The notes under the pieces were generated by a model. That model had not been told where the DNA came from. It made no database searches and saw only the letters and a program-made list of their open reading frames with translations. Below, piece by piece: positions 22,939 through 35,002 of a DNA stretch of 64,000 bases. Numbering within the stretch: the first letter of the stretch is position 1; the number at the start of each line of letters is the position of its first letter. The translations under genes were made by a program, and so were the position numbers. Location of the stretch: the NCBI GenBank assembly GCA_963726675.1, contig CAVSDQ010000016.1, forward strand, positions 131,126 through 195,125, given 5' to 3'. The DNA comes from an uncultured Actinomycetota bacterium. Its GTDB lineage: Bacteria; Actinomycetota; Actinomycetes; Actinomycetales; Dermatophilaceae.

Positions 22939-23997
22939 CAGGAGCCCTTCTTCTTCGTGGTCTTGGCTTGGTGTCGTCGCTGGCGGCACCGACGCGCTCT
23001 GGCCGAGACGTTGGCGGCCCGGCCGGCGGCGTCGGGCTCGGACTCCTGCGGCGGCTCGGGGTCGACGGTGTCCTTGGGCGAGGGCACCTCGCGGGCCAGC
23101 CCGCTGACGCCGTCGCCGGTGGAGGCGACCGGCGCGCCGGGCTTCTCGGCCTCGTCGGCGCGGGGGCACCGGCGCTCTTCGTGGTGCTCGTGTCGGCCTT
23201 GGCCTCGTCGGCGTCGGGCGTGACCTCGGTGCGGCCCGCCGTGCGCCCGGCGCTGCCGTCGGCCCGGACGACGCCGAGGCCCCTCGGGAGCCGTCCAGCC
23301 CTGCTCGTGGGCGATCTTCAGGCCCACCAGGGTGGCCGGGCCGGCGCCCACGCCCTCGTCGGCGAGCCCGTCGTGGAACCCGGCGAGCACGCGGCTGACC
23401 TCCTTGAAGGTGCCGACCTGGTTCGGCGCCGCGGGTCGGCGCGACCGGCCGGCCGGCGCGCAGCGTCGTCGACGAGCTCGATGGTGCGATGCCGGGGTCT
23501 GGTTGTCGAAGAACTCCCAGTTGGTCATCACCACCGGGGCGAAGTCGCAGGCCGCGTTGCACTCGATGCGCTCGAGGGTGACCTGGCCGTCGGCGGTGGT
23601 CTCGTCGTGGCCGATGCCGAGGTGCTCGGACACGGCGTCCCAGATCTCGTCGCCGCCCATGACCGCGCACAGCGTGTTGGTGCAGACGCCGACGGTGTAG
23701 GTGCCGTTGGGGTGGCGCTTGTACTGCGTGTAGAACGTGGCGACGCCGGAGACCTCGGCCGTGGTGAGGTCGAGCAGCTCGGCGCACAGGTCGATGCCGC
23801 GCCCGGTGACGTAGCCGTCGACGGACTGCACGAGGTGCAGCAGCGGCAGCAGCGCCGAGCGCTTCTGCGGGTAGCGCGCGATGACCTCGGCGGCGTCGGC
23901 GCGGAAGCGCGCCTCGACGTCGGCGGGGTAGGGCTCCTTGGACTCCTCGGGGACGTGAGGTGACCGGACGCGGTCTGGAGGCCGAAGTCGTGCGACA

Positions 23998-23998
<1 letters not shown>
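22938..23998 (-). CDS. nuoE: NADH-quinone oxidoreductase subunit E with long C-terminal extension (frameshifted)
   Basis: [31 protein letters not shown]. Confidence 0.92.
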
Positions 23999-25421
<1,423 letters not shown>

Positions 25422-25422
<1 letters not shown>

Positions 25423-26253
25423 CAGCTGTACGCCCTCCGCTGGTCCGGCGGCGGGACGGTGCCGCCCTTGTACTCGACGGGGATGCCGCCGAGCGGGTAG
25501 TCCTTGCGCTGCGGGTGCCCGGGCCAGTCGTCGGGCATCAGGATGCGGGTCAGCGACGGGTGGCCGTCGAAGATGATGCCGAACATGTCCCAGGTCTCGC
25601 GCTCGTGCCAGTCGACGCCCGGGTAGACCGAGACGATCGACGGGATGTGCGGGTCGGCGTCGGGGGCGGTGACCTCGAGGCGCACCCGCCGGCTGCCGTG
25701 GGTGATCGAGAGCAGGTGGTAGACCGCGTGCAGCTCGCGGCCCGTCTCGCCGCGGGTAGTGCACGCCGGAGACGCCCGTGCACATCTCGAAGCGCAGCTC
25801 GGGCTCGTCGCGCATGCGCGCGGGCGACGGCCGAGCAGGTGCTCGCGGCGCACGAAGAGGGTCAGCTCGCCGCGGTCGACGACGACCTTCTCGACGGCGT
25901 CGTGGTAGGCGACCGAGCCGCCCTCGGTGAGGGCGGTGCCGAGCCGGTCGGCGACGTCGTCGAACCACGACGCCGTAGGGGCGCGGGCTGGCGCCCGGCA
26001 GCAGGGTCGGGGTGACCAGGCCGCCGTAGCCGGAGGTGTCCTGGCCGCGGGTGGCGCCGAACATGCCGCGCCGCTCGCCCACGACGACGGGCTCACGGTC
26101 GTCGTCGTCGAGGTCGCGCCAGGTGGCGATGTTGGCCGAGTGCGCCGGCCGCAGTGCGTCGGGGTCGTCGACGGTCTCGGTCTCGGCGTTCTCGACCACC
26201 TTGTCGGGGATCGGCTGCACCGGGCTGTCGTCGGCCTTCGTCTCGTCGCTCAT
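25422..26253 (-). CDS. nuoC: NADH-quinone oxidoreductase subunit C (frameshifted)
   Basis: [22 protein letters not shown]. Confidence 0.93.
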
Positions 26254-26851
26254 GCCAGGAGGTTCTTCCCGGCCGGCGCCGCGAGGTGGGCGAGGTGGTC
26301 GTGGGTGGGAGCCATCAGCGAGGTGGGGATGGCGTTCATCGCCGCCTCCTCGGCGGCCCGGGCCGCGGCGACGCGGTTGACGCCGAGCTTGCTGGTCTGG
26401 ATCTGGTCGTGCAGCTCGATGATGGCGTTGAGCAGCATCTCGGGCCGCGGCGGGCAGCCGGGCAGGTAGATGTCGACCGGGATGATGTGGTCGACGCCCT
26501 GGACGATGGCGTAGTTGTTGAACATGCCGCCGCTAGCTGGCGCACACGCCCATCGAGATGACCCACTTGGGGTTGGGCATCTGGTCGTAGACCTGGCGCA
26601 CGACGGGGGCCATCTTCTGCGACACCCGGCCCGGCGACGATCATCAGGTCGGCCTGGCGCGGGGTGGCGGAGAACCGCTCCATGCCGAACCGGGCGATGT
26701 CGTAGTCAGGGGTGCCGACGGCCATCATCTCGATCGCGCAGCAGGCGAGACCGAAGGTGGCGGGCCAGATCGACGCCTTGCGCATGTAGCCGACGACGTT
26801 CTCGAGCGTGGTCAGCACGAACCCTGCGGGCAGCTTCTCCTCGAGTCCCAT
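26250..26851 (-). CDS. nuoB: NADH-quinone oxidoreductase subunit B (frameshifted)
   Basis: [30 protein letters not shown]. Confidence 0.94.
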
Positions 26852-26900
26852 CAGGCCTCCTTCGCGTTCGTGTCGGGTGTGCGGCGTGCGGTGGTGCTCG

Positions 26901-27263
26901 TCAGTCCCACTCCAGGCCCCCGCGCTTCCACACGTAGGCGTAGGCGACGAACACGGTGACGATGAACAGCACCATCTCGATCAGGGCGAACAGGCCCAGC
27001 GAGTCGAAGGCGACCGCGAAGGGGTACAGGAACACCGACTCGATGTCGAAGATGATGAAGAGCATCGCGGTGAGGAAGTACTTGACCGGCACGCGCCCGC
27101 CGCCCTCGGCGCGGGGGGTCGGCTCGATGCCGCACTCGTAGGCCTCCATCTTCGCGCGGTTGTAGCGCTTGGGGCCGACCACGAGGCTGGTGCCCACCGA
27201 CAGGGCCGCGAAACCGAAGCCGAAGGCGAGCAGGATCAGCAGCGGGACATAGGGGTTGCTCAT
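26901..27263 (-). CDS. nuoA: NADH-quinone oxidoreductase subunit A
   Basis: AYECG, FIIFDIE, GGLEWD. Confidence 0.95.
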   Translation of the reverse strand: MSNPYVPLLILLAFGFGFAALSVGTSLVVGPKRYNRAKMEAYECGIEPTPRAEGGGRVPVKYFLTAMLFIIFDIESVFLYPFAVAFDSLGLFALIEMVLFIVTVFVAYAYVWKRGGLEWD

Positions 27264-27408
27264 CGCAGGACAACTCCCCTTTCGGTGCTCGTGTGCGTCG
27301 GGTGGGCACAGCTGGCCGGGAGGACAGACGGCGTCCCGCTCATCCTAGGGGGAGTGACGGACGCCTCACCCGGCGAGGTCGGCTGGCGCGTCGGCTCCGG
27401 CGGGGTGC

Positions 27409-27426
27409 TTGTGAATGTCTTCACGA
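27409..27426. promoter_or_regulatory. Rex operator (ROP) upstream of nuoA
   Basis: TTGTGAA-TGTC-TTCACGA has one mismatch to TTGTGAA-N4-TTCACAA; lies just downstream of a candidate -10. Confidence 0.8.
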
Positions 27427-27434
27427 ACGGGGGG

Positions 27435-27440
27435 AGTCTA
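27435..27440 (-). promoter_or_regulatory. Candidate -10 element (TAGACT) of the nuo promoter
   Basis: TANNNT hexamer 8 bp upstream of the Rex box. Confidence 0.45.
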
Positions 27441-27464
27441 GGACGGCTCTGCGAGGACCTGCAC

Positions 27465-27483
27465 TTAGGCGCGCCTAACCTTC
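27465..27483. promoter_or_regulatory. IdeR/DtxR-like iron box
   Basis: TTAGGCGCGCCTAACCTTC vs consensus TTAGGTTAGCCTAACCTAA (14/19). Confidence 0.55.
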
Positions 27484-28188
27484 AACGCTGGGGGCCACCG
27501 GCTTCGTCGCACGGTGCAGAGCGACGACGCCTCCAGAGAGGTTGCGCCACTGCACGCCCTCCCAGCCGGCGCCCGCGATGCGCTGCGCCATGGCCCGCTG
27601 GGCCGGCCAGGCCTGGATCGACTCGGCGAGGTAGACGTAGGACTCGGGGTTGCTGCTGACCTTGCGGGCGACCGCCGGCAGCGAGCGCATGAGGTACTTG
27701 CTGTAGACCGTGCGGAACGCCTTGTTGGTCGGCTGGCTGAACTCGCACAGCACGAACCGGCCCCCGGGCTTGGTGACCCGCAGGAACTCGCGCAGCGCGG
27801 CATCCGGGTCACTGACGTTGCGCAGGCCGAAGCTCATCGTGACGACGTCGAAGGAGTCGTCGGCGAACGGCAGGTTCATCGCGTCGGCCGCGGTGAAGCC
27901 GAGGTCGGAGCGGCGGCGGTGGCCGACGCGCAGCATGCCGAGCGAGAAGTCGGCGGGCACGACGTCGACGCCGGAGTCGGCGAACGGCTCGCTGCTGGTG
28001 CCGGTGCCGGCCGCGATGTCGAGGACGACCTGGCCGGGCACCGCCTCGCAGGCCTGCACGACCGCGCGCCGCCAGAGCCGGTCCTGGCCGAGCGAGAGGA
28101 CGTCGTTGGTGACGTCGTACTTGCTCGCGACGTCGTCGAACATCGCGGCGACGTCGCGGGGGTCCTTGTCGAGGGAGGCGCGGCTCAT
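27475..28188 (-). CDS. menG: Demethylmenaquinone methyltransferase
   Basis: [33 protein letters not shown]. Confidence 0.93.
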   Translation of the reverse strand: MSRASLDKDPRDVAAMFDDVASKYDVTNDVLSLGQDRLWRRAVVQACEAVPGQVVLDIAAGTGTSSEPFADSGVDVVPADFSLGMLRVGHRRRSDLGFTAADAMNLPFADDSFDVVTMSFGLRNVSDPDAALREFLRVTKPGGRFVLCEFSQPTNKAFRTVYSKYLMRSLPAVARKVSSNPESYVYLAESIQAWPAQRAMAQRIAGAGWEGVQWRNLSGGVVALHRATKPVAPSVEG

Positions 28189-28247
28189 GCGCGACATCCT
28201 CCCATCGATGTCGGGCCTCCCTGCCGCGGGTCGTATCCTGCTGCGCG

Positions 28248-29580
28248 ATGACCTCGCTGCCCGCGGGGACCCCGGCACTCGACCCGATCGGCGCGCCGGC
28301 CGCCCCCCTCGTCTCGCGCACCGTGCCCCTCGACCCCGAGCTGGGCGTGGCGCTGCTGTCGTTGATCCCCGCCGTCTCCGCGCGCGAGGTTTGCTCGTGG
28401 GTGCGCCGCGGCGAGGGCATCGTGGGCTGGGGGCGCGCGGCGAGCCACACGGCATCCGGGCCCGGCCGGATGGCCGAGCTCGAGTCGTGGTGGTCGGCGC
28501 TGGTCGGCACCGCCGTGGTGCGCGACGAGGTCGACCGCCCCGGCACCGGGCCGGTCGCGTTCGGGTCGGTGTCGTACGCCGCGGCCTCGGCGACCGGCGC
28601 GACGCTGGTCGTCGCCCGAGGTCGTCGTGGGCATGCGCGACGGGCTGGCGTGGCTGACCACCGTGGGCGTGGAGCCGGCGCCGGCCGTGCCCGCCGTGCC
28701 GGGCACGCCGACGATCGCGCGACAGCCCCTGCCGGGGGCGCCGGTCGGGGTCGCGTTCGCCGACGGTGCGCTGTCGCCCGCCGAGTGGGCCGGGGCGGTG
28801 GCCGAGGCGGTGGCCCGGATCACCGGCGGCCGGCTCGACAAGGTCGTACTGGCTCGCGACCTGGAGGTCACCACGGGCGAGCCGCTCGACGTCCGCTGGC
28901 TGCTGCACCGGCTGGCCGAGCAGTACCCCACCACCTGGGTGTTCGCCGTCGACGGGCTCGTGGGCGCCACGCCCGAGCTGCTGGTGCGGCGCGAGAAGGG
29001 GCTCGTGACGTCGCGGGTGCTGGCGGGCACCATCCGGCGCACCGGCGACGACGAGCACGACCTCGCGCTCGCGGCATCCCTGGCCCGCTCGTCGAAGGAC
29101 CTCGAGGAGCACGAGTACGCCGTGCGCTCGGTGGCCGACGCCCTGGCCCCGCACTGCTCGTCGATGAACGTGCCCGAGGTGCCGTTCGTGCTGCACCTGT
29201 CCAACGTCATGCACCTCGCGACCGACGTGGCGGGGGTGCTCGTGGACGACGCGTCGTCGCTGACCCTGGCGGCGTCGCTGCACCCGTCGGCGGCGGTGTG
29301 CGGCACCCCCACAGCGGCCGCGGATGCCGTGATCGGCGAGCTCGAGCACATGGACCGTGAGCGCTACGCCGGGCCGGTGGGGTGGATCGACGCCACCGGT
29401 GACGGCGAGTGGGGCATCGCTCTGAGGTGCGGTGCGGTGTCGGTGGAGGATCCCTCGCGGATCCGGCTGTTCGCGGGGTGCGGCATCGTGGCGGGGTCCG
29501 ACCCCGAGGCCGAGGTGGCCGAGTCGTCGGCCAAGTTCGTGCCGATGCGCGACGCCCTCACGGCATCCGCCCCGGCCTGA
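28248..29580 (+). CDS. menF: Isochorismate synthase (one frameshift near 28620)
   Basis: [45 protein letters not shown]. Confidence 0.9.
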
Positions 29581-29609
29581 CCCACGTCGGGTCCTGCCCA
29601 CCTGACCGT

Positions 29610-29683
29610 CCCCAGATCGACCAATAGGTCACACCAGGGACGCTCTGCCGGTGCTGCAGCGTCCCCAGATCGACCGATAGGTC
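29610..29683. repeat. Direct repeat pair CCCCAGATCGACCRATAGGTC
   Basis: Two 21-bp copies (29610-29630, 29663-29683) with one mismatch, just after menF. Confidence 0.7.
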
Positions 29684-30059
29684 GCGTTGGGGACGCTCGG
29701 CTGGGTCGCGCTTTCGGCTGACCGCTGCGCGGTGGGATGCCGTGTGCGGCCGTTGACCATCCGCACTCCCGCCCACGCAGAGCGTGGGACCCGGCTGACG
29801 CTCGGTCGCGCTCCCCGCCAGACCCGTCCATCGGCCCGCCCACGGCATCCGGCCGCTCCGCTCGTCCTGCCTTGGTCGCCTTCCTCGGTTGTCGCCTCCG
29901 CTTCGTCGCCTTGCCTCCCGATCCGGTGCCTCTGGTGACGTGCAGTTTGCGGCTCTCGCGGCGTAGAGCCCGTTCGGGAGGACATCCTTCGCCGATGACT
30001 GCATTTCACCGGGCGCAGCGTCGGAGTCGGTCGGCGGCTGGCCCTCCTTCTGGCTGACG

Positions 30060-30128
30060 CCGGCTGGCCGACGTGGCGTGGGCTACGGCTCAGTAGGTGC
30101 TGCGAACGGTCCACCTACCAGGAGGTAG
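30060..30128. repeat. Dispersed ~70 bp double-hairpin repeat, copy 2
   Basis: GCCGACGTGG..CTACGGCTCAGTAGGTGCTGCGA..CCACCTACCAGGAGGTAG; matches 9741-9810. Confidence 0.65.
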
Positions 30129-30345
30129 CAGAGGTTGTGACTCGGCCGAGCCGGCGATACCCACCCAGCCGCCCGGCCGCCGGCAGTCGCCTGGGCTACG
30201 GCCTGGTTCCCGTCGTGCTGCACAACGCGAACGAGGGTAGGTGAGGCGACGGCTTTCCGGCGCACGGCATCCGGGCCGCCCTCTTGTCGAGTCGGGTGCT
30301 GAGGCGGTCGCTGGGGCAGCCACCTGAGCACCCAACTCCCGGTGG

Positions 30346-31578
30346 TCAGCTGAAGGGTGGGCGGGCGTCGACGCGCACGGACTGGCGGCCGGCCCAGCGC
30401 CAGATGCGGGCCGAGCGGTCGCGGTCCTCGTCGGTGACGAGGTTGCCCATCCAGCGCAGCGCCAGCGTCATCAGCCAGTCGCTGCGCATGCCGACCGGGC
30501 CGAGCGCCGCCAGCGTCTTGGGGACGGTGAAGATCCCGGCCAGCCGCCGCGCGATGGAGAACGCCTCGCCGTAGTGGTCGGTGAGCAGGGCCGGCCAGGT
30601 CGTGGCGAGGTCGGTGTCGAGGTGGTCGACGACGAACCGACCGGTCTCGAGGCCGTAGTCGATGCCCTCGCCGTTGAGCGGGTTGACGCACGCGGCGGCA
30701 TCCCCGATGAGCGCCCAGTTGGCCCCGGCGACGTTGCTCACCGCGCCGCCCATCGGCAGCAGCGCGCTGGTCGGCATCCGCTGCTCGCCGGTGAGGCCGA
30801 AGTCGGCGCGGCGCTCGTCGGTGTAGCGCTTCATCAGCGGCTTGATCGCGATGTCGGCCGGCCGCTTGGTGGTGGCAAGGGCGCCGACACCGACGTTCAC
30901 CTGGCCGCCGCCGAGCGGGAAGATCCAGCCGTAGCCGGGCAGCGCCTCACCCTTCTCGCCGCGCAGCTCGAGGTGGCTGCTGATCCACGGGTCGTCCGCC
31001 TGGCTGGAGTCGACGTAGCAGCGCCCGGCCACGGCATACACGGTGTCCTGGTGCCACTCGCGGCCGAGCACCTTGCCCAGTCCGCTGCGCACGCCGTCGG
31101 CCACGACGAGCCGCTCGCACTCGATGTCGAACATCTCGTCGCCGCGGGTGAACGTGACCGCCTTCACCCGGCCGCCCTCGACCCGCGCGTCGACCGCCTT
31201 GGCGCCCTGCACCCCGGTGGCGCCGGCCTCGACGGCCTCGGTGCGGATGCGGTCGTCGAGCTCGGTGCGGGGCACGGCCGAGCCGTGGTCGGGCAGGCTG
31301 CCGCCGGGCCAGGGCAGCATCAAGGTCTGGCCGAAGCCGTGTGCGCGCAGGCCCTTGTTCACGGTGTGGCCGCGCACCCAGTCGCCCAGGCCGAGCCGGT
31401 CGAGCTCGGCGATCGCGCGGGGGGTCAGCCCGTCGCCGCAGGTCTTGTCGCGGGGGAAGACCGCGGCGTCGGCGAGCACGACGTCGCGGCCGGCACGGGC
31501 CGCCCAGGCCGCCGCGGAGGCGCCGGAGGGGCCCGCGCCCACGACGAGGACGTCGGTGCGCTGGGGGGTGGGGGTCAC
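30346..31578 (-). CDS. menJ: Geranylgeranyl reductase family menaquinone reductase
   Basis: VVGAGPSG, FPRDKTCGDGLTPRA, GYGWIFP, GDAAACVNPLNGEGIDY; inside the men cluster. Confidence 0.8.
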   Translation of the reverse strand: MTPTPQRTDVLVVGAGPSGASAAAWAARAGRDVVLADAAVFPRDKTCGDGLTPRAIAELDRLGLGDWVRGHTVNKGLRAHGFGQTLMLPWPGGSLPDHGSAVPRTELDDRIRTEAVEAGATGVQGAKAVDARVEGGRVKAVTFTRGDEMFDIECERLVVADGVRSGLGKVLGREWHQDTVYAVAGRCYVDSSQADDPWISSHLELRGEKGEALPGYGWIFPLGGGQVNVGVGALATTKRPADIAIKPLMKRYTDERRADFGLTGEQRMPTSALLPMGGAVSNVAGANWALIGDAAACVNPLNGEGIDYGLETGRFVVDHLDTDLATTWPALLTDHYGEAFSIARRLAGIFTVPKTLAALGPVGMRSDWLMTLALRWMGNLVTDEDRDRSARIWRWAGRQSVRVDARPPFS

Positions 31579-31632
31579 GAGCGCATTCTCGCAACGGGGC
31601 ACCGTCGCGCCGAAATCGGTCCTTCGACAGCC

Positions 31633-31947
31633 CCGACTCATTGCGGATCCCCCACCTCGGACGACACCGACTTCTTGCGGATCCCCCACCTCCGCCCCCG
31701 GGTGACTCGCGCCCTCGGGTGGGTAATCCGCAATCAGTCGGCAAGGTTCACGTGACTGGTTGCGGATCCCCCACCTCGGACGACCCCGACTGATTGCGGT
31801 TTTCCCACCTCGGCGCTCGGATGACCCGCGGCCCTAGGTGGGGAAAACGCAATCAGTCGGCAAGGTTCACGCGACTGGTTGCGGATCGCCCACCCTTCGC
31901 GCCCGGTTGACCCATGGCCCGTGGGTGGGGAATCCGCAATCAGTCGG
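31633..31947. repeat. BIME/REP-like mosaic array, eight ~25-bp units in both orientations
   Basis: Consensus CCGACTGATTGCGGATCCCCCACC; forward at ~31633, 31667, 31753, 31786, 31872 and inverted at ~31717, 31836, 31923. Confidence 0.85.
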
Positions 31948-33721
31948 CGAGTGCCCGGGCCGCGAGGGCGCGCAGGTCGGCGTGCGCCTGGCGGTGGGTA
32001 GCGCGGTCGACCACGACCTCGAGCACCCGGATGCCGTGCGGCGCCTCCGCGACCGCCGCGGTCAGCTCGGCCCGGGTCGTCAGCAGGTCGTGCCGGATGC
32101 CGTGGGCCCGGCACAGTGCCTCGAGATCGGTTCCGGTGGGGGTGCCGAAAACGCGCTCGAAGTCTGCGGCGCGCTCGGGAGCACCGTGCTCGAGGGTCGT
32201 GAAGATGCCGCCCCCGTCGTCGTTGACGACAACGAGGGTGAGGTCGGGGGCCGGCTCGTCGGGTCCGATGAGCAGACCGTTCGCATCGTGCAGGAAGGTG
32301 AGGTCGCCGAGCAGGGCGTAGGTCGGGGTGGCCGCCGGGATCGACGCGGTGCCGACGGCTGGAGAACCGGTGCCCCGGGAAAGGGCGATTCCGATCGCGG
32401 TGGAGACGACGCCGTCGATTCCGGCGAGGCCCCGGTTGGCGAGCACCTCGTCGGCGATCGGGCCGGCCACGGCGAGGTCGACATCACGCACCGGGTTGCT
32501 CGAGCCGAGCACGAGCACCGCGTCACCAGGCAGACCGTCCACGACGGCACTGGCGACAGCCAGGCCGCTTGGCCACGGAAATGGTTGCGCGGCAACGGCA
32601 TCCGCGAGTCGTTGTGCCGCCATGCGCCAGCTCTCGCCCCAGCCGTGGTCGTCGTCGGGCGTCGTGGGGCCGCCCAGGCGGAGCGCGTGCGGCGGGTGCA
32701 CGGTGGAGGCCACGTGCGACGGGTCGGGCCACTGGCCACCCTCCGACACCACCTCGACGCGGAGCCCGGGACGCCGCAGCAGGGCGCCCACGGCGCGCGC
32801 GAGACTCGGCCGGCCGACCACCACGACCCGGTCCGGGGTGTGGGCGTCGAGCCAGTCGGTGGCGGTGAGCAGCAGCGGGCCGTGCGGCACGGCATCCGCC
32901 CGCAGTGCGGCGGTGCCGAACGGCTCGGCAACGAGGGGGTGGCCGCGCTCGGCGGCCCAGGCCGCGGCCCGCTCCCCCAGCGCGGCGTCGCGTGTGTCGC
33001 CGACGACGACGAGGGTTCGGGCGACTTCCGCCAAGGCCGGAGGTTGACTGGACCCGACCCCGGAGCCGCTCACGAGCACCCACGGCTCGCCGTCGGGCCG
33101 GCCCGAGAGGGCGTCCGGCCAGGCATCGTCGGCCTCGAGGCGGTGAGCGGGGTCGGTGTCGGCCTCGGATGCCGGGGCGAGGGGTTCGCGCAGGCACACG
33201 TTGAGGTGCACCGGCCCGGGCGGCCCGCCAACGGCGCCGGTCGCGGCGGCGACCGCCCGGCAGACCGTGCTGCGCCAGAACGGCCCGAGCCCGGGGCGTG
33301 CGACCGGAGCCGGCACGTCGACGGCGTAGCGGGTGCTCGACCCGAAGATGCCGGGCTGCACGGTGGTCTGGTTGGCACCGGTGCCGCGCAGCTCGTGGGG
33401 CCGGTCGGCGCTGACGACGACCAGCGGGGTGCCGGCGTGGTGGGCCTCCAGCACCGCGGGGTGCAGGTTGGCCACCGCCGTGCCCGACGTGGTCATCACG
33501 GCCACGGGCGCACCCGAGCCGCGGGCCAGCCCGAGGGCGAGGAAGCCGGCGCTGCGCTCGTCGACCCGCACGTGCAGCCGCAGCCGCCCAGCCCGCTCGG
33601 CGGCGAGCACGGCGTAGGCCAGCGGCGCCGACCTCGACCCCGGGCTGAGCACGACCTCGCGGACCCCGTTCCTGACCAGCTCGTCGACGAGCACGGTCGC
33701 CAGCGCCTGGGACGGGTTCAC
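31940..33721 (-). CDS. menD: SEPHCHC synthase
   Basis: SPGSRSAPL, DERSAGF, TTSGTA, GANQT, NRGLAGIDG, GDLTFLHD, NDDGGGIF. Confidence 0.95.
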   Translation of the reverse strand: MNPSQALATVLVDELVRNGVREVVLSPGSRSAPLAYAVLAAERAGRLRLHVRVDERSAGFLALGLARGSGAPVAVMTTSGTAVANLHPAVLEAHHAGTPLVVVSADRPHELRGTGANQTTVQPGIFGSSTRYAVDVPAPVARPGLGPFWRSTVCRAVAAATGAVGGPPGPVHLNVCLREPLAPASEADTDPAHRLEADDAWPDALSGRPDGEPWVLVSGSGVGSSQPPALAEVARTLVVVGDTRDAALGERAAAWAAERGHPLVAEPFGTAALRADAVPHGPLLLTATDWLDAHTPDRVVVVGRPSLARAVGALLRRPGLRVEVVSEGGQWPDPSHVASTVHPPHALRLGGPTTPDDDHGWGESWRMAAQRLADAVAAQPFPWPSGLAVASAVVDGLPGDAVLVLGSSNPVRDVDLAVAGPIADEVLANRGLAGIDGVVSTAIGIALSRGTGSPAVGTASIPAATPTYALLGDLTFLHDANGLLIGPDEPAPDLTLVVVNDDGGGIFTTLEHGAPERAADFERVFGTPTGTDLEALCRAHGIRHDLLTTRAELTAAVAEAPHGIRVLEVVVDRATHRQAHADLRALAARALAD

Positions 33722-33832
33722 GGCCGGAAGTCTGCCACTGCCGGGTGGCGCGACGAGCCGGGGCTGGGCCAGGGACTCCGCCGATGATCAGCGCGTGACG
33801 GGCCGCCGACGCTCCCTCCCGCGCACGCCGGG

Positions 33833-35002
33833 TCAGGGTCTCGCCACCCGTGGCACCGGTTGCTCCTTCCGCGGGCGAGCCCGGTCGATGGCCAGCTCGG
33901 ACACCGAGCGCACCGGACGGCCGAGCACGCCGCCCGCCGACGCCTGCCAGGCGTCGAGGCCGTCGATGGTGCCCCGAGGCGCCCCCTCGGCCACCCGCAG
34001 GGTCTCGACGTAGCCCTCGAGCCGATGGGCACGCACGTCGACGACCGGGCCGGTGCTCGGGGTGCGCACCGTGACCCACGACGAGCGGTCGGGGTTGGGC
34101 GACAGGTCGAGCCGAGGCACCGGGTCGTCGCCGCGCTCGACGGACAGCACGGCGGTGGTGGGCGGCACCGGGATCAGCCCGACCGGTGAGCCACTCGTCA
34201 CGACATGGGTGACCCGGTTGCGCCGGGTGAATGCGGGGTCGCTGGCGAGGGCGGCTGCGAGGATGCCGCCCTGGCTATGGCCGACGAGCACCACCGGGTC
34301 GCCCGCTCTCGAACGCCCACCGGCCCGGCCGCGCACCATCGTCAGAGATGCGGCGACCCCGGCGGCCGCGAGCGTGGCGTCGCCGGTCAGGGCCCGCACG
34401 TCGGTGGTGAGGTCGAACGGGTTTGCGCCGGGGTGTGGTGACCACTGCTGGGTGCCCGGGACGACGACAACCCAGGCCGACCCGCCGTCGCCGCGTGCCA
34501 CCTCGACCACCCGCACCCGCCCGCCGTCGAGTCCCTCCCCCGCGGCGACCAGGTCGGCCGCCCCGTGGAACCCGGATTCGGCGTCGAGTTCCAGCGTCGC
34601 CTCGACCGGCGTCACCCGCGGGACGGCCGAACAGTCGGTCAGCCAGCCACCGTTGGCCGCCAGGTCTGCACCGGCCCCGACCCCGGCCAGCACCGCCACC
34701 ACCGAGGCCTCGACCTGCGCGTAGACCCGGGCCGCCGCCCGCAGGTGCAGCGCGAGCACCTCGAGCGCCAGCCCCTCACCCCACGCCCCGCCGGGACCCA
34801 CGACGCCCGTCGCCTCCCCCTCGAGGCGAACCCACTGCGCCAGGACGGACAGGCCGCCGGGCCCGCGGACGGGCGCGGGCCCCACGTGGGCAGCCACCAC
34901 GGCGAGTGCGTGCGCATCGTCGCGGACCTCGTCGGCCAGTGCCTCGAGCCGGGCGGCGGTGGCGACGAGGGCCTCGGACCGCACCCCTGAAGGACGGCTC
35001 AC
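33833..35002 (-). CDS. Alpha/beta hydrolase (PGAP1-like) with WXG100-like helical N-terminus
   Basis: VVPGT, GHSQGG, GSP, DPVP, AHRL..Y; N-terminal LVATAARLEALADEV helix. Confidence 0.7.
   Translation of the reverse strand: MSRPSGVRSEALVATAARLEALADEVRDDAHALAVVAAHVGPAPVRGPGGLSVLAQWVRLEGEATGVVGPGGAWGEGLALEVLALHLRAAARVYAQVEASVVAVLAGVGAGADLAANGGWLTDCSAVPRVTPVEATLELDAESGFHGAADLVAAGEGLDGGRVRVVEVARGDGGSAWVVVVPGTQQWSPHPGANPFDLTTDVRALTGDATLAAAGVAASLTMVRGRAGGRSRAGDPVVLVGHSQGGILAAALASDPAFTRRNRVTHVVTSGSPVGLIPVPPTTAVLSVERGDDPVPRLDLSPNPDRSSWVTVRTPSTGPVVDVRAHRLEGYVETLRVAEGAPRGTIDGLDAWQASAGGVLGRPVRSVSELAIDRARPRKEQPVPRVARP

Noticed and set aside
31633-31947. CRISPR array
   Set aside because: Units are degenerate and in both orientations, linkers are reused, and no cas genes are present
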